This document shows positions 1 through 11,502 of a stretch of DNA of 64,000 bases, in pieces (positions within the stretch are counted from its first letter, which is position 1; the number at the start of each line of letters is the position of its first letter). The translations under genes were made by a program, and so were the position numbers. Under the pieces are notes generated by a model. It ran no database searches. It had not been told where the DNA came from and was given only the letters and a program-made list of their open reading frames with translations. Location: positions 4,032,001 to 4,096,000 of the forward strand of contig OZ076409.1 of assembly GCA_964187785.1 (NCBI GenBank), written 5' to 3'. This stretch comes from Amphiscolops sp. MND2022. Its lineage: Eukaryota.

Positions 1-21
1 GCTACCTTCCAATGTATCCGA

Positions 22-2615
22 GTGGCAGGATTGAAGCTCACAATGCACAAATGTCATTTTGGTGCAAAGGAAATCGACTTCCTAGGCAGGACAATCACTC
101 CAGTCGATGTACGTCCGCAACGACCTCGAGTCCAAAATTTTCTTGAAAACACAAAATTCACAAAATCCAAGAAAGCATTACAAAGATACCTGGGAGTTCT
201 CAACTATTATAGGAATTATTTTCCCAGGCTTTCAGAAAAGTTAACACCATTCTTTAAACTGTTAAAAAACGATGAACAAATACTGGTGACACCGGACCTG
301 TTGGAAAAATTTACCGACATCAAGAAAACCCTTGACCGATGTTGTGAATTAGCACTCAAACAGCCGCTACCAAACGAACAAATTGACCTCATGACCGATG
401 CCAGCTTCATGGCCGCTGGGTACGCAGTCCTAATTGAAGATGATCCACAAGAGAAATATACTTCAACGAGAAAGGCGTTTGCTCCGGTGGCTTATGGTTC
501 AAAGACCTTCAGTCCCGCACAGTTGAAAATGTCAATCTATGCGAAAGAATTCTTAGCAATATTCTTTTCTTTCAAGGAATTTGTACATATATTCTGGGGG
601 ACGCCTAAACTGGTAATAATAATGACCGATAACAAATCGGTCACGCGTTTCTTTCAAACAAAGGTCATTCCAGCAACACTCTGGAACGCGTGCGAATACG
701 TCACTCAATTCAACTTCATCATTGCACACATTCCCGACAAAAATAACACGGCGGCTGATTACTTATCGCGTTTAGAAATTTCACCGAAAGAAAAATTAAT
801 CCTTCGCATTAGAGAAGATATCCCCGCAACCCCAAGTGAACTTCATGTCCGATCCGCGGGGATCACAGAAGAAGGACAAATCTTCTATACTGAAGATGAT
901 GATGAAACAGAAGAACAAATCTGGCAACGAAAGGAACAAGCCCGAGATAACCTTAGAAACGACTTGCCAAATATTTCTTTCGAAAAATTCACCACCCATA
1001 ACAGCAAATACCAACACCTATCAATTTGTCAAAAAACTAATCAATATCAATTCAGTGGCTATAGAGCAAAAATTTGACGTGATTTTCCAGCAACCTAAAC
1101 TTAAAATTCAGAAGGAAAAGTACTCCGAAACGATCCTGTTACAAGACATAAGATACCAACATTACCTACGTCAACTAGACCGGATGTCCATTCAAGGGGA
1201 AATTATCACCAGACAGTACTATGACGAAACGGGAAATGCCAAATACAATCAAGTACTACTGCCAAAACACCTGGTGACTGAATTACTTGAACTTCTCCAC
1301 GGGACGGCAAATCGACATCCGGGCATTGCCAAATTGTTACTTACAAGAAATGAGATCCAAATATTACTACCCCGGAATAGCAATACTTGTCCGCAAATGG
1401 GTAAATGGATGTGAAACTTGCATCAAGGACCAAAGAATTAGCAACGACCAAATAACTCCTGAATTACTCAATCTCCCGGAGTGGACCTTGGGTCTAGAAG
1501 ACGCAATGCAAAAAGACCTTTTACCAAACCTTCCACTAAGCGGGGGATACGAAAACATCTTTACCGCTATAGACGTTTTCTCGCGTTACCTTTTCGCCTA
1601 CCCAGTCACAGAAGCTTCAGCGCCAAATACGGCCAAGGTCAATTTTAACATCATGGCCAAACACACTTACTTGCCAACGACCTTGATTACTGATAAAGGA
1701 TCAGCCTTCACGTCAAAGTTAGTTGCTGAAATTGCACTAATATTGGGCATTCAAATCAGGTGCGCGACGACAAAACGCCCTCAGACTATAGGGAAACTTG
1801 CACGAACGCATGCTAGTTCCAAACAAAATCTCAAAATGGACTCAGGGGATTACAGACGACAGTGGCACAAGTATCTGCCCCTGGTAGTTCTAAATTATAA
1901 CACGTCTTACCATTCGACGTTGGGCTGTGAGCCTTCAAGTATATTTCATGGCCGCATTCCATACAATATTTTAGACCACAAATTGGGGCTCAACCCCAAT
2001 CCCACGTTGCTTCCAACAACAGATTTTGCAGAAGAATTTCACCGCAGAGCGCAAAGTTTACTTAATTCAACGAAGAAAAACATTATGCAGTCCTACTTGA
2101 AGTACAAGGAATATTATGACCGAAAAGCCAAGGCGGCGCCTTTGAAACTTAACGATTACTGTTTCAATTTACAACCCATTGCTGATCATCAGGGATCAAA
2201 AATCCCATTTCGAGACTTTAGATGGATTGGAACTTATATTATTGAAAAAGTTTTACCGAATGACAATTATAAGAACGAAAACTCAATTCCAACAAGACAC
2301 AAATGCTACACAGAATTCGCCTTCGCAAATATGAACCGAATACCGATTTACAGGACGATCGCCCAGCAGGGAATTTGCAGCCAGATGACGAAATTGTCAT
2401 TCCTCAAGATGATTTATACGTAATTACGTGGGAAACAAACTTTGGTGACTTCGATTCTGGTCGACGCAATGCGACCTACGGACTGCCGGATGAACCATCA
2501 GAAAATACGAGCGACGCTCCTAATGAAGCTGAGCTGCCAGACCAAATTGTGACCGATGTGGACCTACAGTCCACCAGACGAGATACGACCGAATCTACTC
2601 TACGACCGATCAAAC
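22..2615 (+). pseudogene. pol: Gypsy pol fragment (RT thumb, RNase H, integrase with HHCC and GPY/F-like region), frameshifted
   Basis: ORFs 22-1077, 836-1414, 1287-2423, 2303-2671; motifs KCHFG..IDFLG, TDAS, YAKEFLAI, TDNKS, ADYLSR, AIDVFSRY, ITDKGS; colinear with E2 pol. Confidence 0.95.
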
Positions 2616-3916
2616 AATGCCCACAATGGTCCGTGTGGTCACTCGTCTTCCGGTCAGTCTTTGCTCGCTGATGGCCTCATGTCTGACTATAGCGAGTGTT
2701 TGCGTGCCGGTGCTAGAGCCGGTCGTTGAATTTGAATTAGACCCAAAGTCCGCTAGCCTAGTGCCACCGACGGTTGGCGGCGTGGGCAAGGTAACGGTCG
2801 ACTGAAAATCTTGATGGGATCTTGTCGCGCCGGTGCTAGTGTCGTCACTTCGAGTGCCATACGTGATGGCCGATTCGCTACCAACGTCAGTGTCAGTGTC
2901 CATGCCGGAGACAGAACGAGATTCACGCTGGGAGATGGTTTTAGTGGGGCTGCCCAAATTCAACCTGCTTGCTCTTTGCACGACGCTATTCAGCATTTCA
3001 AAGGATGCTCTCGCGCTTTCGTCGGCACAATCCTGAGGACACTCGTAACTTGCTCCTGGTTGAGAGCGACGACGGGATGTCCGGGGTCGAGACTGATTGG
3101 GTTTGTCTCTGTGAAGCATTGTTTTATTATGGCCCTACTGTAGCAGACAAGGATTTTGGCCCGGATCTGCACGCACCTCAGGAGGGACGGATTCGTTGCT
3201 GAAATCATTAGGGTACGCAATCTCTCGAACCTCTGCGGGGCAATGGAGGGCTTGTGCAAGAGTGGATCGTGCTAATGACCCATTTTCAGTCTCCATCCCG
3301 AAGCAAGAATCATCGTCAGTTAGGGACCGGTAGTCCATGGGTCCCCTGTTGACTTGCTGCTCATTCCGCGCGGAAGCTTCTGTTGTTCCTTCCTCTGTTT
3401 GTCCTTGTTGAATAGCCGAATCAGATATCAAAGTGGCTTGTTCACTAGGAGCAGAGCTTGCCAGCATATTTTGTTCCTCGGAAGTAGTTCCTGTGGGGTG
3501 ATTTGAGCATCAGGTTTGTCCAAGAATACAACTCTAGGGACACTTTCGGGCACCTCTTCTTCAGGAATTAACTCATTCAAACCAGGAGTGATAGCTACGG
3601 GATCACTTATACTGACTTTATTCTCAACAGGAAGTTAGTTATTGGGACCCAAGGAAACTGGCTCGACACTTGCTAACAGTTCAACAGTGCGGCTGATGTA
3701 AGCTTCACAACTTTCCGTATCAGTATTGGAGGAAAGTTCGACTAAAGACCTTCTGTCCGCTGGCATTTCGATGAATTCTGGCTCTGGTGCACGAGCGGTC
3801 GGAGGTGTATCAACTTCCATAATTTCAGCAGCGTCTTGACTGGGTTGGCCATTCATTTCTTTGTTTAAACGGAAGGAAATAAAATTGCGCGATCCACTTC
3901 CGCTGAAAAAATCCAT
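2615..3916 (-). pseudogene. 5' part of a decayed antisense accessory ORF of E1 (acidic, Ser/Thr/Pro-rich)
   Basis: ORFs 3635-3916, 3135-3467 and 2610-3119 join through one stop and frameshifts; same position, orientation and composition as the N-terminal half of the E2 antisense gene. Confidence 0.55.
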
Positions 3917-5200
3917 CTTATCGCGTTAGAAAGTCTTTCGAAAGTAAGTTCAATATGTGTTCACGCCTATGGCTGAATATTTCACGATGGAGGAAGTGAA
4001 ACTTAGTCAATGGAAAGCCCTGATCAAGCTCAAAATTGGCAAAATATTTCAAAAGAACCAACCTGATGTTTGACTAAATTGGCAAGCGGAATTTGAAAGT
4101 TGAGTTTGGACTGCTAGACTGAAGGATTGGCGTTTGTGAACCACAAGGATTGTTGTTGAATTGCAACTGACTGTTTGAAGCTGGCTTAGGGACAAAATTT
4201 GAACATAGGTCGAAGTAGGTCGAACAGACTCACAGTCCAAAGGATGCTAATCTGCGGGCGATACTGCTACTGTGACAAGAGTTGCAAAGCTGTTATGTTA
4301 TGAGCCAGCAGGCTAATCTGCTTCGAGGAAATGTAGATCAGGATTTCGAATAATATTGTAACGAAGGAGATAAACAATTCAAATGCTGCAATGTTAGCTG
4401 TGCGAGTGATTAGACTGGTTTTTTATGCTCTATGACAATTTGACTACAAGTCCATTTGCTAATTCCTACTTACTAATATTACTCTTGTCTTCTAAGACGG
4501 TTAAATATTTAAATGTGAAATGCTCTAAACAGACCTAGATTAAAGAATGTCGTGGCGAAGTTCAAGTTATTTCATTGTTGTTATATTTATTACCTCTTTA
4601 TACAATTCATCAATTCTTAATTTCGGTGTTATGGAACCTGCCAGTGAAGTACACCCAGCTTTTTTCCATGCATCATTACTTTGTTTCATCGCTCAGTTTA
4701 CCATCATTCCAATCATTCAATTACATCAATACTTACTAGTCTACTATTTTCATTCATACTTCATTCAGAATTATTTACTCATTTATCGGATTACTCTGAT
4801 TGGTTGGATAGTCACAACTAGACGCGGAGACCGACGGTCTTTGAAGGTACTTGACTGGTGTTAACGAGTGATGATAAACAATCTCATCGCCCATTAACAC
4901 CTCTTGCCTAACTACTGCAACCACTTGAAGTGACCTTAAGTGCTTAACAACTTAACGGGCGGCCTATTATCAAAAAGCTAATTAAGGAAAGGATCTGCTT
5001 AATAAGGAACGTCGAAGAATTCGATGGAAGAAGCGGGAAAAGCTTCACGAGCCCATTCTCCCGCGAATTTTGCGAGTCTCAACCTAAGGTCGATCGGCCA
5101 AAGGTCGCCATTCTCTCCAAAATTCTCTCTGCGAATCGGTCGACTTATATAAAGCTCCAAAATTGCCAAGAAAATTATCTTAAAGAGATTTCAAGCAGAA

Positions 5201-5953
5201 ATGTCTTTACAATTTGCGGTCGATGACTTGATCAATCCCTCGGTTAGCCTATCATACCTCTCCTCTGAAGAAGATATGGAAGTGGACGACCCACTGACGG
5301 TAAACGAAATTGGGAATTCTGACAGCGATATAGAAATAATAGCCTGTTTCAAGGAAGTGACTGTCGCAAGACATCAGGGTATTGCAGGCCGTTGCATGTC
5401 AACCGAAATTCCAAGCGACAACGACAATCTCTCCATCTTAGAGCGACTATACGGTCAGTCGACGAGGGGCGACTCAGTGCCTTCTAATGAACTGGTTGAG
5501 TTGGTTCTTGGGAATAACCCACCTAACGCGTCCGTGAAACCAGAGTATCAACAGTCAATTGCCGTATGTAGTCAATTAGAACCTGTAGTTGACTCACCAC
5601 TGTCTCCACCTATATCAGAGCAGGGTCCAAACTTTACCTATTGGTCCAACCCGTTGGAGGACGACCTACCATCTTACCAACCCGAAAATCCCCATATCAG
5701 GGGAGTGGCTGTTAGCTCCAGTGGAATTTGCGGAAACGCAAACCAAGTCACTCAATGTGACTGTATCGTGTGCGGCAAATCAGCGGATACAATCAAAGAG
5801 GAAATTACCTTTGACTATTTGGAAAGAACACATATTGCTGGAGAGAGCAATGTGGCCCGACTCAGAAGAAGAAATGGTTTCCAAGCAAGAATGCATGCTG
5901 GGTTTTTCGTTTTAGTCCCGGGGGAGTGTCGCAGGCGTAGTCAACGATGCTAA
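5201..5953 (+). CDS. E1 sense accessory ORF with C-terminal CxxCGK domain, function unknown
   Basis: 250-aa ORF, TATATAAA at 5146-5153; C-terminus CIVCGKSADTIKEEITFDYLERTHIAGE..RLRRRNGF aligns by eye with E2 ORF 22315-23334. Confidence 0.75.
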   Translation: MSLQFAVDDLINPSVSLSYLSSEEDMEVDDPLTVNEIGNSDSDIEIIACFKEVTVARHQGIAGRCMSTEIPSDNDNLSILERLYGQSTRGDSVPSNELVELVLGNNPPNASVKPEYQQSIAVCSQLEPVVDSPLSPPISEQGPNFTYWSNPLEDDLPSYQPENPHIRGVAVSSSGICGNANQVTQCDCIVCGKSADTIKEEITFDYLERTHIAGESNVARLRRRNGFQARMHAGFFVLVPGECRRRSQRC

Positions 5954-7662
5954 CAACATGCCCCTACTTCCAGGGGTATTGCCACTGTAAGTCACAACGA
6001 CCATCAGTCTACGCTTCAGAACTTTTACAAACTGTTAGCCCTTGCAAACCGAGATAATATTATTTTATATTGATACGGACCGTAAGTACATATTCCTACT
6101 CAAGACAAACTATCACGATTAAATTTTGTCAACTAATATGCCGATCCTATACATTTGTAGTTTTAATAGATTTCGCAATGTAAACGTACATTTACCATTT
6201 ACACACTAGTCATGAGTCATGTACATATATATGCATGCTTATGCAATGTAAACCAGAATAACTTGATGATTGGATTATGAAGCAATATGTAAAAATATTT
6301 GCATGCGGATACAAATGCAACTATATAGATCAAAGTAAATGCGTTTAAACTGTCTTCCGCGCTAGTCGACTTGAACGCGCAGTCCGCCATTCAATTAACC
6401 AATCAGCGTTGAGCTTTTCTTATCTCATTCATTCATTTGCTAGCCATTACGGTCGAATCTTGTATTACGGACCACCAGTCCACTCTGTGTATTTATTTAC
6501 TTTAGCGTGCTTACATGCAAATAGACATAACTGAAGTGTCATAGTATTGATATTTAGACTTGAAAGGCGTGCCGCCTTAACTCCCCCTTCTCCGTTTTCC
6601 TTTTAATGACATTAAGGAAAGTGCTAATTATAGAATGAAATCACCATGACGTAGAGATAATATGATTCCCCAGGGTTGAGCTACCCAGATCTAGTGCTAT
6701 TTTTAGTCTTGGTAACTTGACGTCACAATGACGTTGAGTCTCTGATGCTATTTTTATATAATGATCTCTGATATTTTGAGCGTCATGGCCCCAAAAGTAT
6801 ATATACGAGGATCGTGAGGCAAGCGGGACATTATTCTACATACCTTGCTACAACCTCTCCAATTGAATGAACACAATTATCAATTCGGAACTATTGCTGT
6901 GACTTTAGAACAGAATACTATTGGAAATCATTGTGTAGTTAATTACTGTTTTGAACATTAACTTTGTTTTGAAATACCTTGTTTTGAAACTTGACAAGTT
7001 CGTTGTTGTAACAAACTGAACAATTCATTATTGTTCAAACAAGATTTTCCTCAATGCCATCCACTAGAAAACAAAAGGCGAAAGAAAGGCGTTCTAGACA
7101 AGTCGACTTGATGTCTGATACAGAAAATCTAGATATAATGTTGGGCTTTTACTCAAGAAATGAACTGGAAAGCAATTCAATTGATAGAAATGATGATATC
7201 GACCATGAGTCTGATAGGACTAGACAAGACGTAGCCCAAAATAGTAAGGATTTTAGATCACTCCTCAATTCAAATAGTAGAGAAAACAGTGAATCAACTA
7301 TAGAGACCATCAGGATATTAATTTAGAGATTTCCAAACAAATGGACGGATTTAGGAAGGAATTAAAATTACCTAATAAATTAAAAATAATAATGGATACC
7401 ATTAATTCCGTGATTAGTGAAAAGGTCCTTCTTGATATACGCAACACCATGGTAAACCAACATCCTAGGTTTCGGGGAGAAGTGGACCACCGGTCTAGTA
7501 GGCTAAGCAGGACCGCCGAAGAGGAAAATATTGGAAATGCATGGAAAACCAACTCAAAACCAATTTTAGTCAATAGTAGTCAGCGTAACTACTTTCGGGA
7601 GGACTCAGACGCTTCCTTACTAAGTGACAATGGTAATGAACCAATAACTATTGGTCACGACA
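5927..7662 (+). repeat. 3' LTR of E1 (~1736 bp, inferred), containing the gag N-terminus
   Basis: Termini TGTCGCA...CACGACA (TGTCG/CGACA inverted); preceded by purine tract; contains frameshifted ORF 7054-7662 (MPSTRKQKAKERRSR...GHD) at the position gag occupies in the E2 LTR; partner LTR not in window. Confidence 0.75.
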
Positions 7663-7861
7663 TTGCGAATTGATTGTAAAGTCGCAAAGCGTTGTGCTGA
7701 TATCATAACTCATGTTAATCAATATCATTAGATAAAACAGTTTGAAGGGGTGATCTTTGGCCCTAGTGCAACGTACTTGCAAAATGATTGGAAACGTCAA
7801 TTTGAATTTTGAAAACATTCGAATAAAGAACACTAAGCTTTTTTTCGGAAACAAAGGTTCA

Positions 7862-8030
7862 AACAGAAACAATCAGAGATGTATGAGTTACATTGGATGC
7901 GACGAAGTCATTCAAATTGGAAGTCAATGTTGAGCCATCGAACAATACTTCAACGTATCGAGAAATTATCGAGATCCGCTCGTGGAATCCAAGACAGCGA
8001 TTTTCCGAAGAAAGTCAGAGTTACTTAATC
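7862..8030 (+). repeat. Dispersed repeat, second copy at ~26134-26300
   Basis: Shared ACAGAA.CAATCAGA...CGAAGTCATT...TTGGAAGTCAATGTTGAG.CATCGAA...GATCC.CTC. Confidence 0.7.
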
Positions 8031-8875
8031 CAAGAAACTGTTACTTAGAAGAAAGCTTTATTACTTTATCTTTCCATTTTTCATCACCCGCTTTCAAACT
8101 AAATTTTAACCTGAATCGATTGAACGAAAAATTCTATCTTTTATGTCAAATCGGCGGTAATAATTGATTCTAATGATATAACTATGATAAAAGACAATCG
8201 TCTGAAAGCTTCAGTTATCCTAAACCACCGCCTATTTGTTTTGTTTTTGTCATATGACAAAAATTATGTTCCGGCTGGTTACGTTTTGGCTGTGGCGAAT
8301 TTCGAAAAAAAAATGATGGTGTGATCAACGTTGTATCAATTAGTCAGTCAATACAGACACAGTAATACCCTTACTGTTTCAATTCTTTTAGTAGCTCTGA
8401 ATCGACAATGCTCGGTATTGAAATACTTCTTTATTTACCAAAAATTCGGAAGGGAAAGATTCTCTTCTTAGTTGTCTTGCGTATTACGATAGCGCGTATT
8501 GAATACTTTTCGTTTTTGAAATATAAATACAAAATAATCCAAAACAATTATTCAGCTGAAAATTTTCGGAAGAAGTGAAAACTATTGGTGAAACCTTTCG
8601 AAAACGTGTTCGTTGACAGTCAGGAATTAGTTTTTGTGACATATTTCATTCAGTACAGCCCCTAGCTAAAAATTAGCTGCCAAAACTATATTAACATATT
8701 ACATATAATGGGGGAAGAAAATCATAATCTGTTTTGCGTTTTTTTTGTTTCCAAGTTCTACCAAATCTCCACGTTCACCATTTTCACTTGACTATATTAC
8801 ATATTTGACTATTTTAGTTACTTGACTATTTCAGTTAATAGTGCTGCCAAATCTTCATTTTTTTAACTCTTAACC

Positions 8876-10396
8876 TGTCGCATCCATCAAGATGCGATGG
8901 TTCCGTGGTGCAACTTTGAAGAGGAACGGACGATAGACTCATTTCAACAAACTCTCCAAAACTCTGATGAACCCGTTTTATATGATGTCTTAAAACTCAA
9001 TGTTGTTTAGTCTCGAAAGTCATGTAAATATGATATTTATAAGATGGTTGTTGTGAATGGACCTTCATCATAGTGCTAACATACCTTCATTGCTTCATTG
9101 GGAACCCTTGTTTTAATCATACAATGAGTTATCTCATTATCTAATCATATATTCTAAAGGTCCTAATGCATCTAAATTCGTCATCAGATAGTAATCTACT
9201 CCTTAGCATAGTACAATTATGCGGTACTATGCGAATCGAAGTGTGACGTATACTCGTCATTATGCGTTTTTACTAGTATCATTATGCGGCATTATACGTT
9301 TCAAGGTGTAACGAGTATGCGGCATTATACGTTTTCCATAAAAACATTATACGGCATCCTGCGGAACTAGTAGTGACGCATACTCGTCATTATGCGTTTC
9401 TCGCAGGACTTGTTAAATGAATCCAGCACGTGTTATAATTCTATCTAGAAGTCAATTCAATTACAAATGAAGGCCATTTTAAGAGATTCCCAGGGTTCAT
9501 TAGTTTCTTTTCCCAATCATACTTTTATGATGTCATGTAGATGTGCTATTTTTATAATATAACGTCATTGGACGTAATTCTATTTTTGTCTCGACTTCAT
9601 ACAATGACTCCCATAAAAAGGAGTGTCATGATTTTCGGATTTTGTTCTGAGTTTTCAATCAGAGAGATTCATTAAGAATCCAACCCTCATCAAGTGCAGT
9701 TACTTTCTCAAATAACTGTAAAACTTTGATTTCGTCACTGCAAAACTTCAACTTTGCTTCTCTTTTGGGATACAAGATTAATTCAAATTCTTCTCCAAAA
9801 GCCAGAAAACATTTTCACCTGAGGCAACATGGGAAATAAGAGAAGCCGCAGGTCTAGAAGACTTGAGACACCGTCCCTAGACAGAGAAGTAGAGGTAACA
9901 CAAATAGAAACCCCTAAAACAGGTAATGAAGCTTTAATTGATCTTAGTAATGTTGCCCAAGGGAATTTAGGTGAAAATAGCTCCGAAAAACAGTTAACTG
10001 AACCTAGTCAAATAAGTAATGAGATGCAAGTTTGGACCTAAATCATGGAACAAAAGAACAACGATAGGATTGAAAAGATGAGAGAAGAAAAGGAAAACAA
10101 ACTTGGGGCGATTCTAAAGGAAATAAAGTCCAATAAAAGTGCATCCACAGTAACTAATCCTAGGTCGGATATAAACGAAATGCGAGAAAATCAACCATCG
10201 GGATCCAAATTGAGTAAATCTATAGGAGTTCATGCATCCAATAACGAAAACTCTGATTCCGAGAACGACGACTATCCTCTTAGAGCATCTAAAATGAAGG
10301 ACTTGAAACATCCTGCTAAGCCCTTCTTTGAAACTGAAACAGACTTAGATCAAACAATACTCTCAAATGGAGAGTCTGAACAAGAGGATTATCACA
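8876..10396 (+). repeat. E2 5' LTR
   Basis: Direct repeat of 23291-24811, same length, roughly 25 substitutions counted by eye (~98% identity). Confidence 0.97.
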
Positions 10397-10410
10397 TGGT
10401 GACAGGAGCC
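10397..10410 (+). promoter_or_regulatory. Primer-binding site TGGTGACAGGAGCC
   Basis: TGG (complement of tRNA CCA) immediately after the LTR-terminal CA; priming tRNA not assigned (resembles Leu-type TGGTGTCAGGAG with one mismatch). Confidence 0.8.
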
Positions 10411-11495
10411 AACCGACAACTCCATAGACAGAGCTCACAAAAGCTAAATGATACAATTGGATCCCATGCACACCAAAATACAACAAACTCAATAACACAA
10501 CCACTTGATCCAGTTAATCAAATCGCTCTTGCAATAGAGTAATTGGCCAACAAAAACTCTCCCCAATCACTTTTTCACCCCAAAAATACACTCACCTTCA
10601 ATGGGAATAGTGAGAAAAACGAGAAATTTGAATATTTTGAGGACTTTTTCCATACAACATTACGAATGCAACCAAACTTAACAGAGGGAATGAAAAATAA
10701 CCATTTCCACGCCCATCTGAGAGGTTTGGCACTTGAAACCTTCAAAAACATACAAAGAACTCCCACCACGACGTTGGAGGACATTTTAAAAGTCTTTCGC
10801 CGAAAATATGTAAAACCAGAGTCCAGTGCATCTGCTAAACATAGATTCAACAGACACTTTTTCGACCCAGAAAGCCAAAAACTTCCGGACTTCTTAGAAG
10901 AACTCCAAGAAAGTGCTGAAAAAGCGTTCGGGGACAATGCCCACCAAATGATAGAGAACCTACTCTATGCCAAAATGCCTCCCCACCTCAAAAAGTCCAT
11001 TAACCAAGCTTATCTTGAGAATGGCACTTACGATCAAATTGTCAAACACCTTGAAAAAGAAATGGAACTTAACGGCCTAGAAGCAGACGACACTCTCGTC
11101 AAAACTCAAATGACCGTTACTAAAAAAGAACAAAATACCGAAAAAACCAACAAAAAACAAACGGACAAAACCAAAAAACAAACCCCAAAAACAGTACCTG
11201 ATAAAACCCTCAAAAACGACCAATGCCGTTACTGCAAGGAGACAGGCCACATGATGACTGACTGTCCCAAATTAGCCAAACGGCGCAAACTCGAGGAAGA
11301 TCCGGAAGCCGAAAAATGTCAAAATTGCAACACCCCAGGACATGATGAAGAAAACTGTTACTTCGGAGCCAACATGGAAAATCGTCCAACCAAATGGAAC
11401 CTCACAGAAGCCCAGAAAAAAGTCATTGAAAACTACAAACATGCCAAAAAACCTATTAAACCAAAAATGGAACATCAACAATCCTCTTCGAAGGA

Positions 11496-11502
11496 TTTAA
11501 AC
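11496..11502 (+). promoter_or_regulatory. -1 ribosomal frameshift heptamer T TTA AAC at the gag/pol junction
   Basis: X XXY YYZ in gag phase just before the gag TAG; the -1 frame is open from here into ORF 11571-12548. Confidence 0.8.

Larger units (their letters stand above)
1..7662 (+). mobile_element. Ty3/Gypsy LTR retrotransposon E1, 3' portion (5' end outside window, probable internal deletion near 2615)
   Basis: RT C-terminus, RNase H, integrase in Gypsy order; purine run GGGGGAG then TGTCGCA at 5927 (same start as E2 LTRs); end CACGACA at 7662; same gene layout as E2. Confidence 0.85.

Noticed and set aside
2617..3259. Several overlapping plus-strand ORFs
   Set aside because: Shadows of the GC-richer antisense coding remnant; no motifs
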